From the NCBI GenBank assembly GCA_963832165.1, contig CAWHTE010000002.1, forward strand, positions 64,001 to 128,000: a stretch of 64,000 bases of DNA, in the 5' to 3' direction. The notes under the pieces were generated by a model that was not told where the DNA came from, ran no database searches, and was given only the letters and a program-made list of their open reading frames with translations. This document shows, piece after piece, positions 1-11,501 of this stretch (the first letter of the stretch is position 1; every line of letters starts with the position of its first letter). A program made the position numbers and the translations under genes. This stretch comes from an uncultured delta proteobacterium (GTDB lineage: Bacteria > Myxococcota_A > UBA9160 > SMWR01).

Positions 1-84
1 CGCCGCCCTCCCTGGGGGTTGAGGCTCGCCGTGACCGTGCTCAACGGGGCCCGTTGACGTCCAAGTTCTTCAAAGGAGTAGCAC

Positions 85-1452
85 GTGCGTCCAGCACGGT
101 TCTTCATCGCGCTCGCGCTCGCCGCGAGCCTCCTCGCGATCGGTGCGCCGGTCAGCGCCGACGATCCCGTCCGCCCGAGCGACCCGGCGGCGACCGAGCC
201 GTCCGAGACCGGGCCGGCGAAGTCGAGCGTGGACCACAGCCCTCTGCTCCGCAGCTCGGCCCTGCAGAAGCCGCGCCGGTATGCGCCCAAGCCGGGCGTG
301 GTGTTCAACAGCGCCCTCGGCCCGCGAGCGGACCGCAACCGGATCTTCGGCAAGATCATCGCGGCCATCAACCACGCGCCCCAGCGGTCCCGCATCCGGG
401 TGATGTCGTGGAACATCATGTCCCGCACCGCGGTCGACGCCCTCCTGCGTGCCCAGGCGCGCGGCGTCAAGATCCGCGTGCTGATGGACAACACCAACCT
501 CGTCGACATCCCGAACCCCGGGTTCAAGCGGCTGAAGGCCGGGTTCAAGCGCGCGAACCAGGACATCAAGATGAAGCGCCGCAGCTACGCCAAGACGTGC
601 ATCTCCTCCTGCCGCGGCGTGCGCGGTGCGGCGCACTCGAAGCTCTACCTGTTCTCGAAGACGGGCAAGGCCAAGAACGTCGTGATGTCCGGTTCCGCCA
701 ACCTGACGGTGGCCGGCGCCATCAACCAGTGGAACGACATGTACACGTGGATCGACAACCGCAAGCTGTTCAACTTCGCGGCCCGCGTCTACAAGGAGAT
801 GTGGCAGGACACCCCGGTCGCGCAGCAGTTCGTGCAGTACAGCACCGGCAAGGACCTCCTCGGGTTCACGCCCCTGGTCGGTCCCGGCGGTCGCACCGCC
901 GACCCGGTCCAGGACCTGCTCAACCGGGTGACCTGCACGGGCGCCGTGAAGGCGGGCAAGAAGGGCCGCACCATCGTGCGCGCCGCCCCCGACGTGATGC
1001 GCAACGACCGCGGCATGGCGATCGCGCAGCGCCTGCGCGACCTGTGGATCCAGGGCTGCGACGTGCGCATCGCCTACACCGTCATGGGCGTCGACATCTT
1101 CCGGTTCCTCGGCCAGGGCACTGCCCGGGGCGCGGTGCCCAAGAAGCACCTCGTCCAGGACTTCGACGGCGATGGTGAGTTCGACAACTACTTCCACCTG
1201 AAAGCGCTGACGATCAACGGCGTCTTCGACGGCAACCCGACGAGCTTCGTGACCCTCAACGGCTCGTCGAACTGGTCGGGCTACGCCGCGGTCTCCGACG
1301 AGAACTTCGGGATCCTGGTGCGCCGCTCGCCGACGCTGAAGTACCAGCGGTTCATCGACTTCTGGTACGAGAACTTCCCGAAGAGCGTGCCGCTGGATGA
1401 GGGCATCGACCTCAGCAAGGTCGACCGCTACGCGAACATCGACCTTGACTGA
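85..1452 (+). CDS. Secreted phospholipase D-like (HxK) domain protein
   Basis: Intact 455-aa ORF, GGAG RBS upstream, signal-peptide-like N-terminus, two PLD-type half-motifs (AHSKLYLF...SGSAN and FHLKALTI...NGSSN). Confidence 0.75.
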   Translation: MRPARFFIALALAASLLAIGAPVSADDPVRPSDPAATEPSETGPAKSSVDHSPLLRSSALQKPRRYAPKPGVVFNSALGPRADRNRIFGKIIAAINHAPQRSRIRVMSWNIMSRTAVDALLRAQARGVKIRVLMDNTNLVDIPNPGFKRLKAGFKRANQDIKMKRRSYAKTCISSCRGVRGAAHSKLYLFSKTGKAKNVVMSGSANLTVAGAINQWNDMYTWIDNRKLFNFAARVYKEMWQDTPVAQQFVQYSTGKDLLGFTPLVGPGGRTADPVQDLLNRVTCTGAVKAGKKGRTIVRAAPDVMRNDRGMAIAQRLRDLWIQGCDVRIAYTVMGVDIFRFLGQGTARGAVPKKHLVQDFDGDGEFDNYFHLKALTINGVFDGNPTSFVTLNGSSNWSGYAAVSDENFGILVRRSPTLKYQRFIDFWYENFPKSVPLDEGIDLSKVDRYANIDLD

Positions 1453-1460
1453 CTGAGGGC

Positions 1461-3017
1461 GTGTCTCGCGTGCCCGCCACCCGGGCGGTTGTCCGCCGCG
1501 TCGACGACGACGGGATCGCGTTGTGGGGCTTCGGTGACCGGGCGATCGACGTCCTGTTCGACCAGCGGCGGGTTTGGTCGTTCTGGCTGGAGCGTGACAC
1601 CCGGACGACCGTGCCCGGAGTCCGTTCGATCGAGTGGCCGTCGGCGCTGCGCAAGTTCCTCGACGGCCGCACCCGGCTGTCGGTCACCGAGCACGTCAGC
1701 GGGCGGGTGCTGTTCGATCACGACCTCGCGTTCGGCACGGCCGACGCGCGGATCGAGATCATCGGCAGGTCGGGGGCGCCGATCAGCCTCGACAAGTCGG
1801 GCCGGATCAGCCCGACGTTCGACACCCGCACGCGGGCCGACGTGGCGCCGCTGCTCGCCGCCATCTCGACCGTCCTGGACGCGATCCGGTCCGCGGGCAT
1901 CGAGGCGTTCCTCGCCTACGGCACCCTGCTCGGCGCGATCCGTGAGCAGAAGTTCCTCGGCCACGACTCCGATGCCGACCTCGCCTACGTCAGCGAGTCG
2001 GGTCACCCGGCCGACGTGGTGCGCGAGAACTTCCGGCTCCAGCGCGCCGTCGAGGAGCGCGGATTCCACACCTACCGCTACAGCGGTGCCGCCTTCCGGA
2101 TCGACGTCGAGGAGGGCGACGGCGTCGTCCGCGGCCTCGACGTGTTCGCCGGCTTCATCGACGAGTCGGCTGGTGGCGGCCGGCTGTACCTGATGGGCGA
2201 GGTCGGCGTCGACTTCCGGCGCGACTGGGTGTACCCCGTCACGAGCTGCACCCTGGAGGGCCAGCCGTTCCCGGCCCCGGCCGTGCCGGAGAGGATGCTC
2301 GAGGCGATGTACGGCCCTTCCTGGGCGGTCCCCGACCCCGCTTTCCAGTTCACCACCAGCGACCGCACGGTCCGTCAGCTCTCGGGCTGGTTCCGCGGTA
2401 CGTCGACCAACCGGGCGGCCTGGGAGCGGGCGTACAGCGGTGCCCGCGGGAGGCTCCCCACCGGCAAGCCGTCCCCGCTGGCCCGCAAGGCCGCGGCTCT
2501 CCTGTCGTCCGGTGGCACCGTGATCGACGTCGGCGCCGGACGCGGCGTCGACAGCCTGTGGCTGGCGCGTCAGGGGCTGTCCGTGCGGGCCTACGACTAC
2601 GTCCCGAGCGCCGCGCAGGCGGTCCAGCAGGCCGCGACGGAGGAAGACCTCGACCTCGACGTACGGATGCTCAACCTCAACGAGTGGCGCACGGTGCTGG
2701 GCGAGGGCGCCCGGATGTCCCGCGTCGAGGGGCCGCGGGTGATGATCGCCCGCCACACGGCCGACGCGACCAACCGCTTCGGTCGCGCCGCGCTGGCGCG
2801 GTTCGCGTCGATGTCCCTGCGCGGCGGCGGCCGGCTCTACCTCGACGCGTGGACCGGCGCCGGGCGCACGCCCGACCGGCTCAAGGCGGTGCCGATCGAC
2901 GAGGTCGCTCGCGACCTGACCGAGCAGGGTGCCACAATCCTGGTGACCAGAGAGCGACCGGCCCGTGCGGGCTCGCATCGCTCGAGCCGAGGACGATTGG
3001 TGGCCCAATGGGACTGA
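1461..3017 (+). CDS. LicD-like nucleotidyl/phosphotransferase fused to a C-terminal class I SAM-methyltransferase domain
   Basis: YGTLLGAIRE...HDSDAD LicD-type motif; C-terminal VIDVGAGRG SAM-binding motif; 518 aa. Confidence 0.7.
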   Translation: MSRVPATRAVVRRVDDDGIALWGFGDRAIDVLFDQRRVWSFWLERDTRTTVPGVRSIEWPSALRKFLDGRTRLSVTEHVSGRVLFDHDLAFGTADARIEIIGRSGAPISLDKSGRISPTFDTRTRADVAPLLAAISTVLDAIRSAGIEAFLAYGTLLGAIREQKFLGHDSDADLAYVSESGHPADVVRENFRLQRAVEERGFHTYRYSGAAFRIDVEEGDGVVRGLDVFAGFIDESAGGGRLYLMGEVGVDFRRDWVYPVTSCTLEGQPFPAPAVPERMLEAMYGPSWAVPDPAFQFTTSDRTVRQLSGWFRGTSTNRAAWERAYSGARGRLPTGKPSPLARKAAALLSSGGTVIDVGAGRGVDSLWLARQGLSVRAYDYVPSAAQAVQQAATEEDLDLDVRMLNLNEWRTVLGEGARMSRVEGPRVMIARHTADATNRFGRAALARFASMSLRGGGRLYLDAWTGAGRTPDRLKAVPIDEVARDLTEQGATILVTRERPARAGSHRSSRGRLVAQWD

Positions 3018-3232
3018 AGGACGTCGCGGGCCGACTCCGGCCCAGGCTGGGACAGAGCGACGACCTCGCGCGGCGCGTCGAAGCCCTCGAGGCCGACGTG
3101 CTCGAGCTGCGTCGGCACAACGTGCGGCTGGCTGAGATCGCCGACGTCGTCCAAGAGCTGCTGGTCCCGCTGGCCTCGCGCGACCAGGCCCGCATCGACG
3201 AGGCGATCGAGAAGTTCTCCCGAAGCCTATGA
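3008..3232 (+). CDS. Small coiled-coil hypothetical protein (DUF6752-like)
   Basis: ATG at 3008 overlaps the end of the upstream gene; 74 aa with heptad pattern LARRVEALEADVLELRRHNVRLAEIADVVQELL; family assignment from memory. Confidence 0.6.
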   Translation: MGLKDVAGRLRPRLGQSDDLARRVEALEADVLELRRHNVRLAEIADVVQELLVPLASRDQARIDEAIEKFSRSL

Positions 3233-3254
3233 GTACTGGGCCTGTGAGCGTCTA

Positions 3255-4274
3255 GTGGCGCGCCGGGTCTTCATCCACCTCGGCCTGCCGAAGACGGCGA
3301 CCTCCTACCTGCAGACGATCCTGTGGGGCTCGCGCGAGCGGATGCGGGCCGACGGCGTGCTGTTGCCGGGTGACGAGCGGCGCGACCACCTGTGGGCCTC
3401 GCGAGTCGTGCGCGAGGACCCCAACCTGGACAAGCACCCCGAGCGGCACCGCACCTCGTGGACGCGGCTGCGTACGGCGCTGGCGGCCTGGGACGGCGAC
3501 GGGCTGGTCAGCCACGAGTTCTTCGCCGCGGCCTCGCCGCGTCAGGCCGCCGGCATGATCGCCGACCTGGCGCCCGCCGAGGTGCACCTGGTCGCCACCG
3601 CGCGCGAGCCGCTCGGGCTGTTCGCCGCGAGCTGGCAGGAGAGCCTGAAGAACCGCAACACCACGCCGCTCCCGGAGTACGCGCGGACCGTCTCCAAGAG
3701 CCCCAGCGCCATCTGGAACTGGCGCACCCTCGACCTTCGCCTGGTGCTGCGTCGCTGGGCCCGCGAGGTCCCGCCCGAGCACGTGCACGTGCTGCCACTA
3801 CACCGCGGCGGCCCGCGCGAGGCCATCTGGCAGACCTTCGCCGGGCTGGTCGGCCTGGACGCGGCGGCGTACGACACCGACCTGTCGTTCCCCAACGAGT
3901 CGATGGGCGTGGTCGAGGCCGAGACCCTGCGTCGCGTCAACGAGCACCTGGCGGGGTTCGAGCGGGCCTTCGACCGCGGCGTCTACATCCGCACGTACCT
4001 CGCCGACGAACGGCTGGTGCCGCGGGGCGGGGAGCGCTACTGGCCCGAGCCCGAGCAGGTCGAGGAGTGCCGGCGGCGCGGACGTGACGCGGTGGCGTTC
4101 GTGCGCGAACGCGGGTTCGACGTGCGGGGGGACCTCGACGACCTGCTCGTGCCCGATGAGCTCGAGCCGCGGCGCTCGGTGACGTCGGTGACCGACGCCG
4201 AGGTCGCTGACGTCGCAGTCCAGCTGGTCGCGCGGATGCTGGAGGACGTGCGCGAGCTGCGGCAGAGCAACTAG
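3255..4274 (+). CDS. Sulfotransferase-like / P-loop hypothetical protein
   Basis: N-terminal HLGLPKTATSYLQ (PAPS-binding-loop-like), LVSHE and SWQE motifs; intact 339 aa. Confidence 0.6.
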   Translation: MARRVFIHLGLPKTATSYLQTILWGSRERMRADGVLLPGDERRDHLWASRVVREDPNLDKHPERHRTSWTRLRTALAAWDGDGLVSHEFFAAASPRQAAGMIADLAPAEVHLVATAREPLGLFAASWQESLKNRNTTPLPEYARTVSKSPSAIWNWRTLDLRLVLRRWAREVPPEHVHVLPLHRGGPREAIWQTFAGLVGLDAAAYDTDLSFPNESMGVVEAETLRRVNEHLAGFERAFDRGVYIRTYLADERLVPRGGERYWPEPEQVEECRRRGRDAVAFVRERGFDVRGDLDDLLVPDELEPRRSVTSVTDAEVADVAVQLVARMLEDVRELRQSN

Positions 4275-4329
4275 CGATCGATGGTCGAGGCACGCGCTGG
4301 CGCTCCTCGCACGTCATCCAGCGATGTGG

Positions 4330-5468
4330 TCAGGGCATCGGGCCGACGGTGGCCGTCGCGGCCACGAAGTGGTGGTCGCTGACCCGACCCAGGGTGCTGC
4401 GGTCCTCGACGTAGCCGCTGAAGCTGACGTTGCCCCAGCCCAGCACCCAGTCGACTGCCAGCGCGCCGGCCGGGTGACAGCCGCCGGAGATGCTGCCGCC
4501 GATCGCGGCGACCATGCCGGTGCTGGGGGCGACCCGGCAGAAGAACTCGGCACGGTCGTTCATGTCGCCGGTCAGGAAGATCGGGATGCCCTCGGCCTTC
4601 AGGCGGTTGATCGTGGTCACGGCGATGTAGTGCCCAGCGCGGCGGGTGACGGCGTACCCGCCCTCGCCGGCAGACGCGTGCATGTTGAGCACGTAGAACT
4701 CGCGGCCGGTGGCCTGGTCGCGCAGGCGGAGGATCGTCTGCGGCCGGTTGGCGTGCATGAAGTGGATCGTGAAGTAGCTGCCGGACACGAACTCGAACTT
4801 CGAGTCGTCGTAGAGGATCGAGTTGTCGGTCTCGCGGGAGCCGAACGCGTAGCCGGGGTAGGCGGCGTAGCCGGTCATCGCCGTGATGCCGTTGAGCTGG
4901 TCGGCCTGGAGCTCCTGGGTCCCGAGGATGTCGACGCCGAAGGACCGAATGCGGGCGACGGCGCCGACGTTGCGCGCGCCGGCGGCGGGGTACCTCGCGT
5001 GGTCACCGCCCGGCGCGGAGTGCTGGCTGCCGAGGACGTTGAAGGAGCCGATCTGGAAGGTCATCGTCTGGCGCGCGGCCTCGCGCTCGGCGGCCCGGCG
5101 GAGGGCGGCGTCGATCTGGGCCTGGGTCTTGTGGGCGATGAGCCGACCCGGGACGACCTTCGCCGGCTTCGGCTCGGCTGCCTTCGCCGTGCCCCGGTGG
5201 ACTCGCCGCGGGAGGCTGACGCTCCGCGAGACGATGGCTGCCTGGCCGCGCAGCGACGCGCTGCTTCTTCGCGACGGGCTCCAGCAGCGGCTGTTGGGCG
5301 AGGCTGAGCGACGCATCGGTCGGTCGCCTGGGCGTCGCGGTGCGCTGAGCCCGACGGTCACCACGACAGCCGTGGTGACGCACACGAGGAGGACCGTGAT
5401 CAGGGGGACGACGTCCTCAACGGGCTTCCACCACGGCGGCGTCGGTGTTCCGTGTGCCGCCCGGACAT
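4330..5468 (-). CDS. Membrane-anchored endonuclease/exonuclease/phosphatase (EEP) family protein; 5' end probably frameshifted
   Basis: SFNVLG, LGTQE, GDMND, VDWV, SDH motifs; N-terminal TM segment; probable start MSGRH at 5468 lies in a different frame. Confidence 0.7.
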
Positions 5469-5539
5469 GGCGGGAGTCTATCGGCGCCGCGCCGCGGCGA
5501 CGATTCAACGCTGAGATTGGCCTCCCTTTACCCTGAGTC

Positions 5540-7703
5540 GTGCCGACCATGCCCCGGACGCGCCTTCCGCGCCCGACCGGCACCCCCAGGGCGCCACTTC
5601 CGGCCCGACATCCAGGGTCTCCGTGCGCTCGCGGTCCTGCTGGTCATCGTGGCCCACTCGGGCTTCGGCACGGTCTCGGGTGGCTTCATCGGCGTCGACG
5701 TCTTCTTCGTCATCTCCGGCTTCCTGATCACCTCGCTGCTCATGCGCGAGGCCGCTACGACCGGCCGGATCTCGCTGCTGGGCTTCTACGCCCGCCGCGC
5801 GCGGCGCATCCTGCCGGCCGCGGCCGTGGTGGCCGTGGCGACCGTCGTCGGCGCCATCCTCTTCCTCCCGCTGGTCCGGGCCGTCGAGGTCATCAAGGAC
5901 TCCATCTGGGCGGCCGCGTTCGGCGGCCAACATCCGCTTCGCGTCGGTCGGCACCGACTACTTCGCCCAGGGCGAGCCGGCCTCGCCGCTGCAGCACTAC
6001 TGGTCGCTGTCGGTGGAGGAGCAGTTCTACCTGGTCTGGCCGCTGCTCCTGGTCGGCTGGATCGCCTGGGCCGCGCGCCGCAAGGGCGGCCTGGGCAGCC
6101 TGACCGCGCCGCTCCTGCTCGTCGGCGTGCTGAGCCTGATCTCGTTCGGCGTGGTCGCTGTAGGCGACATACGAGTCCCCGACCACGGCGTACTTCTCCA
6201 CGCTGACCCGCGCGTGGGAGCTCGGCGTCGGCAGCGCCCTCGGCATCTGTGATGTCGCGCGGTGCGGGCGCGAAGGTGCGCGCGCCGCGCTGGCTCGTCG
6301 AGGCGCTGGGCGCCGCCGGCCTGCTGGCGATCCTGCTCGCCTGCGTCGGCTACAGCCCGTCGACACCGTTCCCGGGGTACCAGGCGTTGCTGCCCGGTGC
6401 TCGGCACGGCCGCGCTCCTGTACGTCGGCGGGGCCCCACCTGTCGATCAGCGGGTGGGTGCCGTCTCGCGGCTGCTGTCGGTGCCGCCGGCGCGCGTGGT
6501 CGGCGACTGGTCCTACTCGCTGTACCTGTGGCACTGGCCGATCCTGCGGATCGCCGAGGACAACCTCGGCGTGGGCCGGCTCCCGCTCGGCCGGCTGGTG
6601 CTGGCGCTGGTGCTGATCTTCGGGCTCAGCGCGCTGACCTACCGCTACGTCGAGGAGCCGTTCCGCCGCGGCCGGCTGTGGGCGCGGCCGCGGATCGGCG
6701 TGGCGCTCTACCCGCTCAGCCTGGCGATGGTGCTGGTCGTCGCCGTCGGCGGGCGGGCCTGGATCGACCGCGAGCTCGGCATCTCCGGTGACAACCCCGC
6801 CATCACCACCGCCGACTTCCAGGGCGAGAAGCTCAGCAAGGACCCCCACGTCGCGCTGGTGCAGGCCTCGACGCTCGCGGCGGAGGAGGGCCAGCCGGTC
6901 CCGAGCGACCTCGTCGCCCGGGCTGCTCGGGCTGCGCAAGGACACCGCCCCGCTCGGCGACTGCGACTACCGCACGGCACCCGCCAGCTGTGCCCGAACG
7001 GCGACGTCGACTCCGACCGGGTGATGGTGCTGGTCGGCGACTCCCACGCGCGGGCCTGGTCGCCGGCGTTCACCGAGCTCGGTCGAGCAGCACGGCTTCC
7101 GCACCTACTACTTCGTCTTCAGCGGCTGCTCGGCCACCCGGGCGGTCCAGGCCGAGCCGCAGAACCTGCGCCCGTGGACGGAGTGCGAGGACTTCAAGGA
7201 CTGGGTGGTCGACACCGTCGCCGACCTGCGAGCCGGACGTCGTGGTCGTCGCGACCAGTGCGGTGTCGCCGATCGTCGGGCCCGACGGGGACCCGGTGGG
7301 CGTCCTCAACGAGCGCGAGGAGTTCCGGTCCTGGTGCGCGACGGCTTCGCCGAGGAGCTCGCGCAGCTCAAGCCGCTGACCGACCAGCTGTTCGTGCTCG
7401 GCAACACCCCCAAGCTGCCTCGCGAGCCCGGCGTGTGCATGTCGCAGGGCGGCGACGTGACCCTGCAGGACTGCCTGTTCAAGCGCGGCCCGGTGATGCA
7501 CTCGATCCAGATGGACTTCAAGGCCGCCGCCCGCGACCAGGGCGTCGCGTTCGTCAACGCCTCGCCGTGGTTCTGCTACCGGCTGATGTGCCCGCCGGTG
7601 ATCGGCAGCACGATCGCGATGCGCGACTCCGAGCACATGACGCCCGAGTACGCCGTGGAGCTCGCCGAGCCCTTGCCCGCGAGCTCGGCGTGGCACGGGC
7701 TGA
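5540..7703 (+). CDS. Acyltransferase-3 + SGNH domain O-acyltransferase (OafA/OatA-like); about 10 frameshifts, end approximate
   Basis: RPDIQGLRALAV, GVDVFFVISGFLI, HYWSLSVEEQFY, SYSLYLWHWP, GDSHA and DSEH motifs spread across frames. Confidence 0.8.
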
Positions 7704-7881
7704 CCGGACCGATCACGGCACGCGGCGTCGTACCGAACGGGTCGCCCCAGGCGGGGGACCACGCACCCCAGGAAATTATCAGGGTTGTAGTTCATCCAGA
7801 AGCGTTGCGTGTGACTGGTGTGACTGGTGGGATTAGCGCACTCGGCCCCCGAAATCGCCTGCCAGACAGGAAGATTTCCTC

Positions 7882-9297
7882 GTGCTCCACCGTGTCTCTT
7901 CCCCTCTCCGCCAGGCTCCAGCGCGCCGGCTCGCCGCCGGTCTGCTCCTGCTGACGACGGCCCTGGTGGGCTCGACCGCTCGCCGTGCCGACGCCGGCGT
8001 CGGCGCGCGAGGACCTGCGCGTGCGGCGACGGCCGCGCCGCTGCCGCCCGCCGCCCCGGGCGTCATCCGGATCACGCAGGCCAACCTGCTGTCCGGCCAG
8101 CCCGCCCTCGACTTCCAGGCCGACGCCGCGACGGTGCTCGCCAACCAGCCCGACTTCATCACCTACAACGAGGTGCCCTGGCGCCACGACATCTTCCTGG
8201 CCCCGCCCGGCTACGCGCTGTGGCGCACTCCTGGTGAGTACACCGGCGCCACGCCGGTCGCCTGGCGCACCGACCGGTGGACCGCCATCAACCAGGGCAC
8301 CACAAGGTCTGCTACAAGGAGGGCAGGCTGCCCGGCCAGAAGGTGGACTGGGGCATCCGCTACGCCAACTGGGTGGTCCTGCAGGGCATCGACGGCCACG
8401 TCGTCTCGGTGATCTCCGCCCACCTGCCGCCCGAGACCGAGATCACCATGGGCCTCCAGGAGGACGGGCTCAACAGCATCGGCGCGCTCGCCAACCAGCT
8501 CGCGGCCTACGGCCCGGTGCTGATGGCCGGCGACATGAACTTCCACTACGGGCCGCTGCAGTACCCGCGCGACGCTGCTGGCGTCGTACGGCTTCACCTC
8601 GACCTACGACGTCCTCGGCAGCCACTTCCCGACCGGCGACCACCGCGGCGCGACGATCGACTACATCTTCCTCAAGGACGCCACCCAGTTCACCGTGCAC
8701 GCGCCAGTACAACCAGGAGCTCTACTCCGACCACGACGCCATCACCGCCGACCTGAGCTTCACCGACGCGCCGGGCGCGGTGCCGGTCAGCTTCACGCCG
8801 GGCACCTTCACCAACGCGCCCGACCGGCGACCCGGGCCGGCCGCCGGTCCGTCCTCGACCTGATGGTCAAGGCGGTCGACAACACGCCGGCCGGCGCGGC
8901 CATCCACCTGACGACCGCCAAGCTCGGCGACAAGCCGCTCTACCGCGCGCTGAAGGCCGCCATCGAGCGCAAGGTGCACGTCCAGTTCGTCACCCGGCGC
9001 AACCACCCCACCACGCAGGAGCAGCAACCTGATGAGCCTGCTCGGCAACAAGGTCTGGAAGAAGAGCTGGGCCGTCGGCTGCGAGGAGGAGTGCCGCGCG
9101 ATCGAGTGCCGCGGCAACCTGCCGCAGACCCGCCTGCTGATCAGCCAGTCCGGCGTCACCAGCGCCCTGCGCATCGACGCGGACGTGCCGATGGTGTACT
9201 CCCCGGCAAGGCGCTGACGACGGCGCGGGTGTGGACGAGCCAGGCGACGTACGACGGCGCGTTCAAGCGGTTCTTCCGGCTGGTGGGGCGCGGTTGA
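7882..9297 (+). CDS. Secreted EEP-family protein with C-terminal degenerate PLD-like domain; several frameshifts
   Basis: TQANL, TYNE, GDMN, IDYIF, SDH motifs; C-terminal part resembles the N-terminal half of the 85..1452 protein. Confidence 0.6.
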
Positions 9298-9352
9298 CGG
9301 TGTGGCCTGGGTCATAGCCGCTGCTCGTGCCGCGTGGATAGCCTCCGGCCTC

Positions 9353-10552
9353 ATGGCACGCCTCTGCGAGACCGACGGCCTCACCGACGACCAGATCGAG
9401 ATCCTCAAGGCGGTCCGGCAGTTCGTCGAGAAGGAGATCCTGCCGGTCGCGACCGAGCTCGAGCACGCGGACGAGTACCCGACCGCGATCGTCGAGGGGC
9501 TCAAGGAGCTCGGCCTCTTCGGGCTGATGATCCCCGAGGAGTACGGCGGCCTGGGCGAGTCGCTGCTGACCTACGCGCTGGCGGTCGAGGAGATCGCCCG
9601 CGGCTGGATGAGCGTCAGCGGCATCATCAACACCCACTTCATCGTCGCCTACATGCTGCTGCAGCACGGCACCGAGGAGCAGAAGCAGAAGTACCTGCCG
9701 CGGATGGCGGCCGGCGAGGTGCGCGGCGCGTTCTCGATGTCCGAGCCCGGGTGCGGCTCCGACGTCGCGGCGATCAAGACCAAGGCCGTCGACATGACGG
9801 CGGACGACGGGCTACTCGATCACCGGCCAGAAGATGTGGCTGACCAACGGTGGCTCGGCCAACCTGGTCGCCGTCCTGGTCAAGACCGACGAGGGCGCCG
9901 ACTCGGTCTACAGGAACATGACGACCTTCCTGCGTGGAGAAGGAGGAGGGCTTCGGCGAGACCGCGCAGGGCGTCACCATCCCGGGCAAGATCGAGAAGA
10001 TGGGCTACAAGGGCGTCGACACCACCGAGATGGTGCTCGAGGGCCACCGGATCTCGGCCGAGCAGATCCTGGGCGGCGAGCCGGGCAAGGGCTTCTACCA
10101 GATGATGGACGGCGTCGAGGTGGGCCGCGTCAACGTCGCCGCCCGCGGCTGCGGCGTCGCCAACCGCGCCTTCGAGCTCGGCGTCGACCTACGCCCAGCA
10201 GCGCGAGACGTTCGGCAAGAAGATCGCCGAGCACCAGGCGGTGCTGTTCCGGCTGGCCGAGATGGCCACCAAGGTCGAGGCGGCCCACCAGATGATGGTG
10301 CGGGCGGCGCGCAAGAAGGACGCCGGCGAGCGCAACGACCTCGAGGCCGGGATGGCGAAGTACCTGGCGTCGGAGTACTGCTCGCAGGTCGTCGAGGACT
10401 CCTTCCGCATCCACGGCGGCTACGGCTTCTCCAAGGAGTACGAGATCGAGCGGCTCTACCGCGAGGCGCCGATGCTGCTGATCGGCGAGGGCACGGCCGA
10501 CATCCAGCGGATGATCATCGGCCGCCGGCTGCTGGAGGACTACAAGATCTGA
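9353..10552 (+). CDS. Acyl-CoA dehydrogenase; frameshifts at ~9810, ~9933, ~10187
   Basis: PEEYGG, FSMSEPGCGSD, GQKMWLTNG, RETFGKKI, IHGGYGF...E.LYRE...IGEGT motifs. Confidence 0.9.
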
Positions 10553-11078
10553 GCGCGGTCTCGACCTCGGAGATCACCCAGGTGACCTCCTCGTCGGCGA
10601 CCAGCTTGTCCTTGTCGACGTAGACGCTGTCCGGGTGCAGTCCTGGCCGGCCGGCCACACGACGTCGACCTGCGCGGCCTTCGGGTCGTTGCCCTGGTCG
10701 ATGATGTCCTGGATGGTCACCCGTGCGTACTCGTCGGCGACCGCGTCTCCGGCCGGCGTGCCCGTCGCCGTCCGTCGCCCACGTCACGCCGCTGACCGTC
10801 GCCGCCCGCGACGGTGATCCGGTACTTCTGGTCGATGTTGGCGCAGTAGCACCGCATCTCGAGCGTGTAGGTGTAGTCGGCGTACGGGAAGTCCGGCAGG
10901 CTGCCCGGCTCGGGCTGCGACGGTGGGGCCGGTCGGGGTCGGGCTCGGCCGTCGCGGTGGTGGTGGTCGGCGTGGTGTCCGTGGCGCGATCGTCGCCGTC
11001 GTCGCCGCCGCAGGCGGCCAGCGAGGCGAGGGACACGGCGAGCGCGAGGGCACCGAGGGCGTGGCGTCGCGAGGTCAT
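10515..11078 (-). CDS. Putative lipoprotein (DUF6174-like), frameshifted; 3' end uncertain
   Basis: Lipobox LAACG, Thr/Pro-rich linker, YTYTLEMRCYC motif in a second frame. Confidence 0.55.
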   Translation of the reverse strand: MTSRRHALGALALAVSLASLAACGGDDGDDRATDTTPTTTTATAEPDPDRPHRRSPSRAACRTSRTPTTPTRSRCGATAPTSTRSTGSPSRAATVSGVTWATDGDGHAGRRRGRRRVRTGDHPGHHRPGQRPEGRAGRRRVAGRPGLHPDSVYVDKDKLVADEEVTWVISEVETALRSCSPPAAGGR

Positions 11079-11211
11079 GGCCGTTCGACGGTACGGCGTC
11101 CCGGCGGTCCGTCGGTTCGGGCCGGCGAATCCGCGTCGACGCGGGCTTGGCGGTCATGACATGGTGGAAGGGCGTCACCCGCACCGCCCACGCACCGAGC
11201 CAGGAGGAACG

Positions 11212-11425
11212 ATGCCCGCGTCGCCGACGAGTCAGGTCCAGCGAGTCAGGGGCCAACGAGGACCTCAAGGCGAAGATGCGGGAGGCCCTGGACCGCAAGA
11301 AGCAGGGCGGCGCGAAGGGCTCCCGGCGACAACCCGCTGCAAGGAGAAGGCGCACGGCTCCGAGGTCGCCGGCGGCGCGGCGCCCAAGATGCACCGCCGC
11401 AAGGCCGGCGGCGGGGGCTCCGTGA
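11212..11425 (+). CDS. Small basic actinobacterial protein (DUF5302-like), frameshifted
   Basis: AGGAGG RBS; DLKAKMREALDRKK and MHRRKAGG segments in different frames. Confidence 0.5.
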
Positions 11426-11501
11426 CGTCTGCGTCGAGGCCTAGCCTCGGGTGAGGTATCCCACGTTCCCAGGCGCGGGCCGTCAACGGCACGATGGGCG
11501 C

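Noticed and set aside
7811..7828. GTGACTGGT direct repeat in an intergenic region
   Set aside because: Only two copies and no second occurrence noticed; too weak to call
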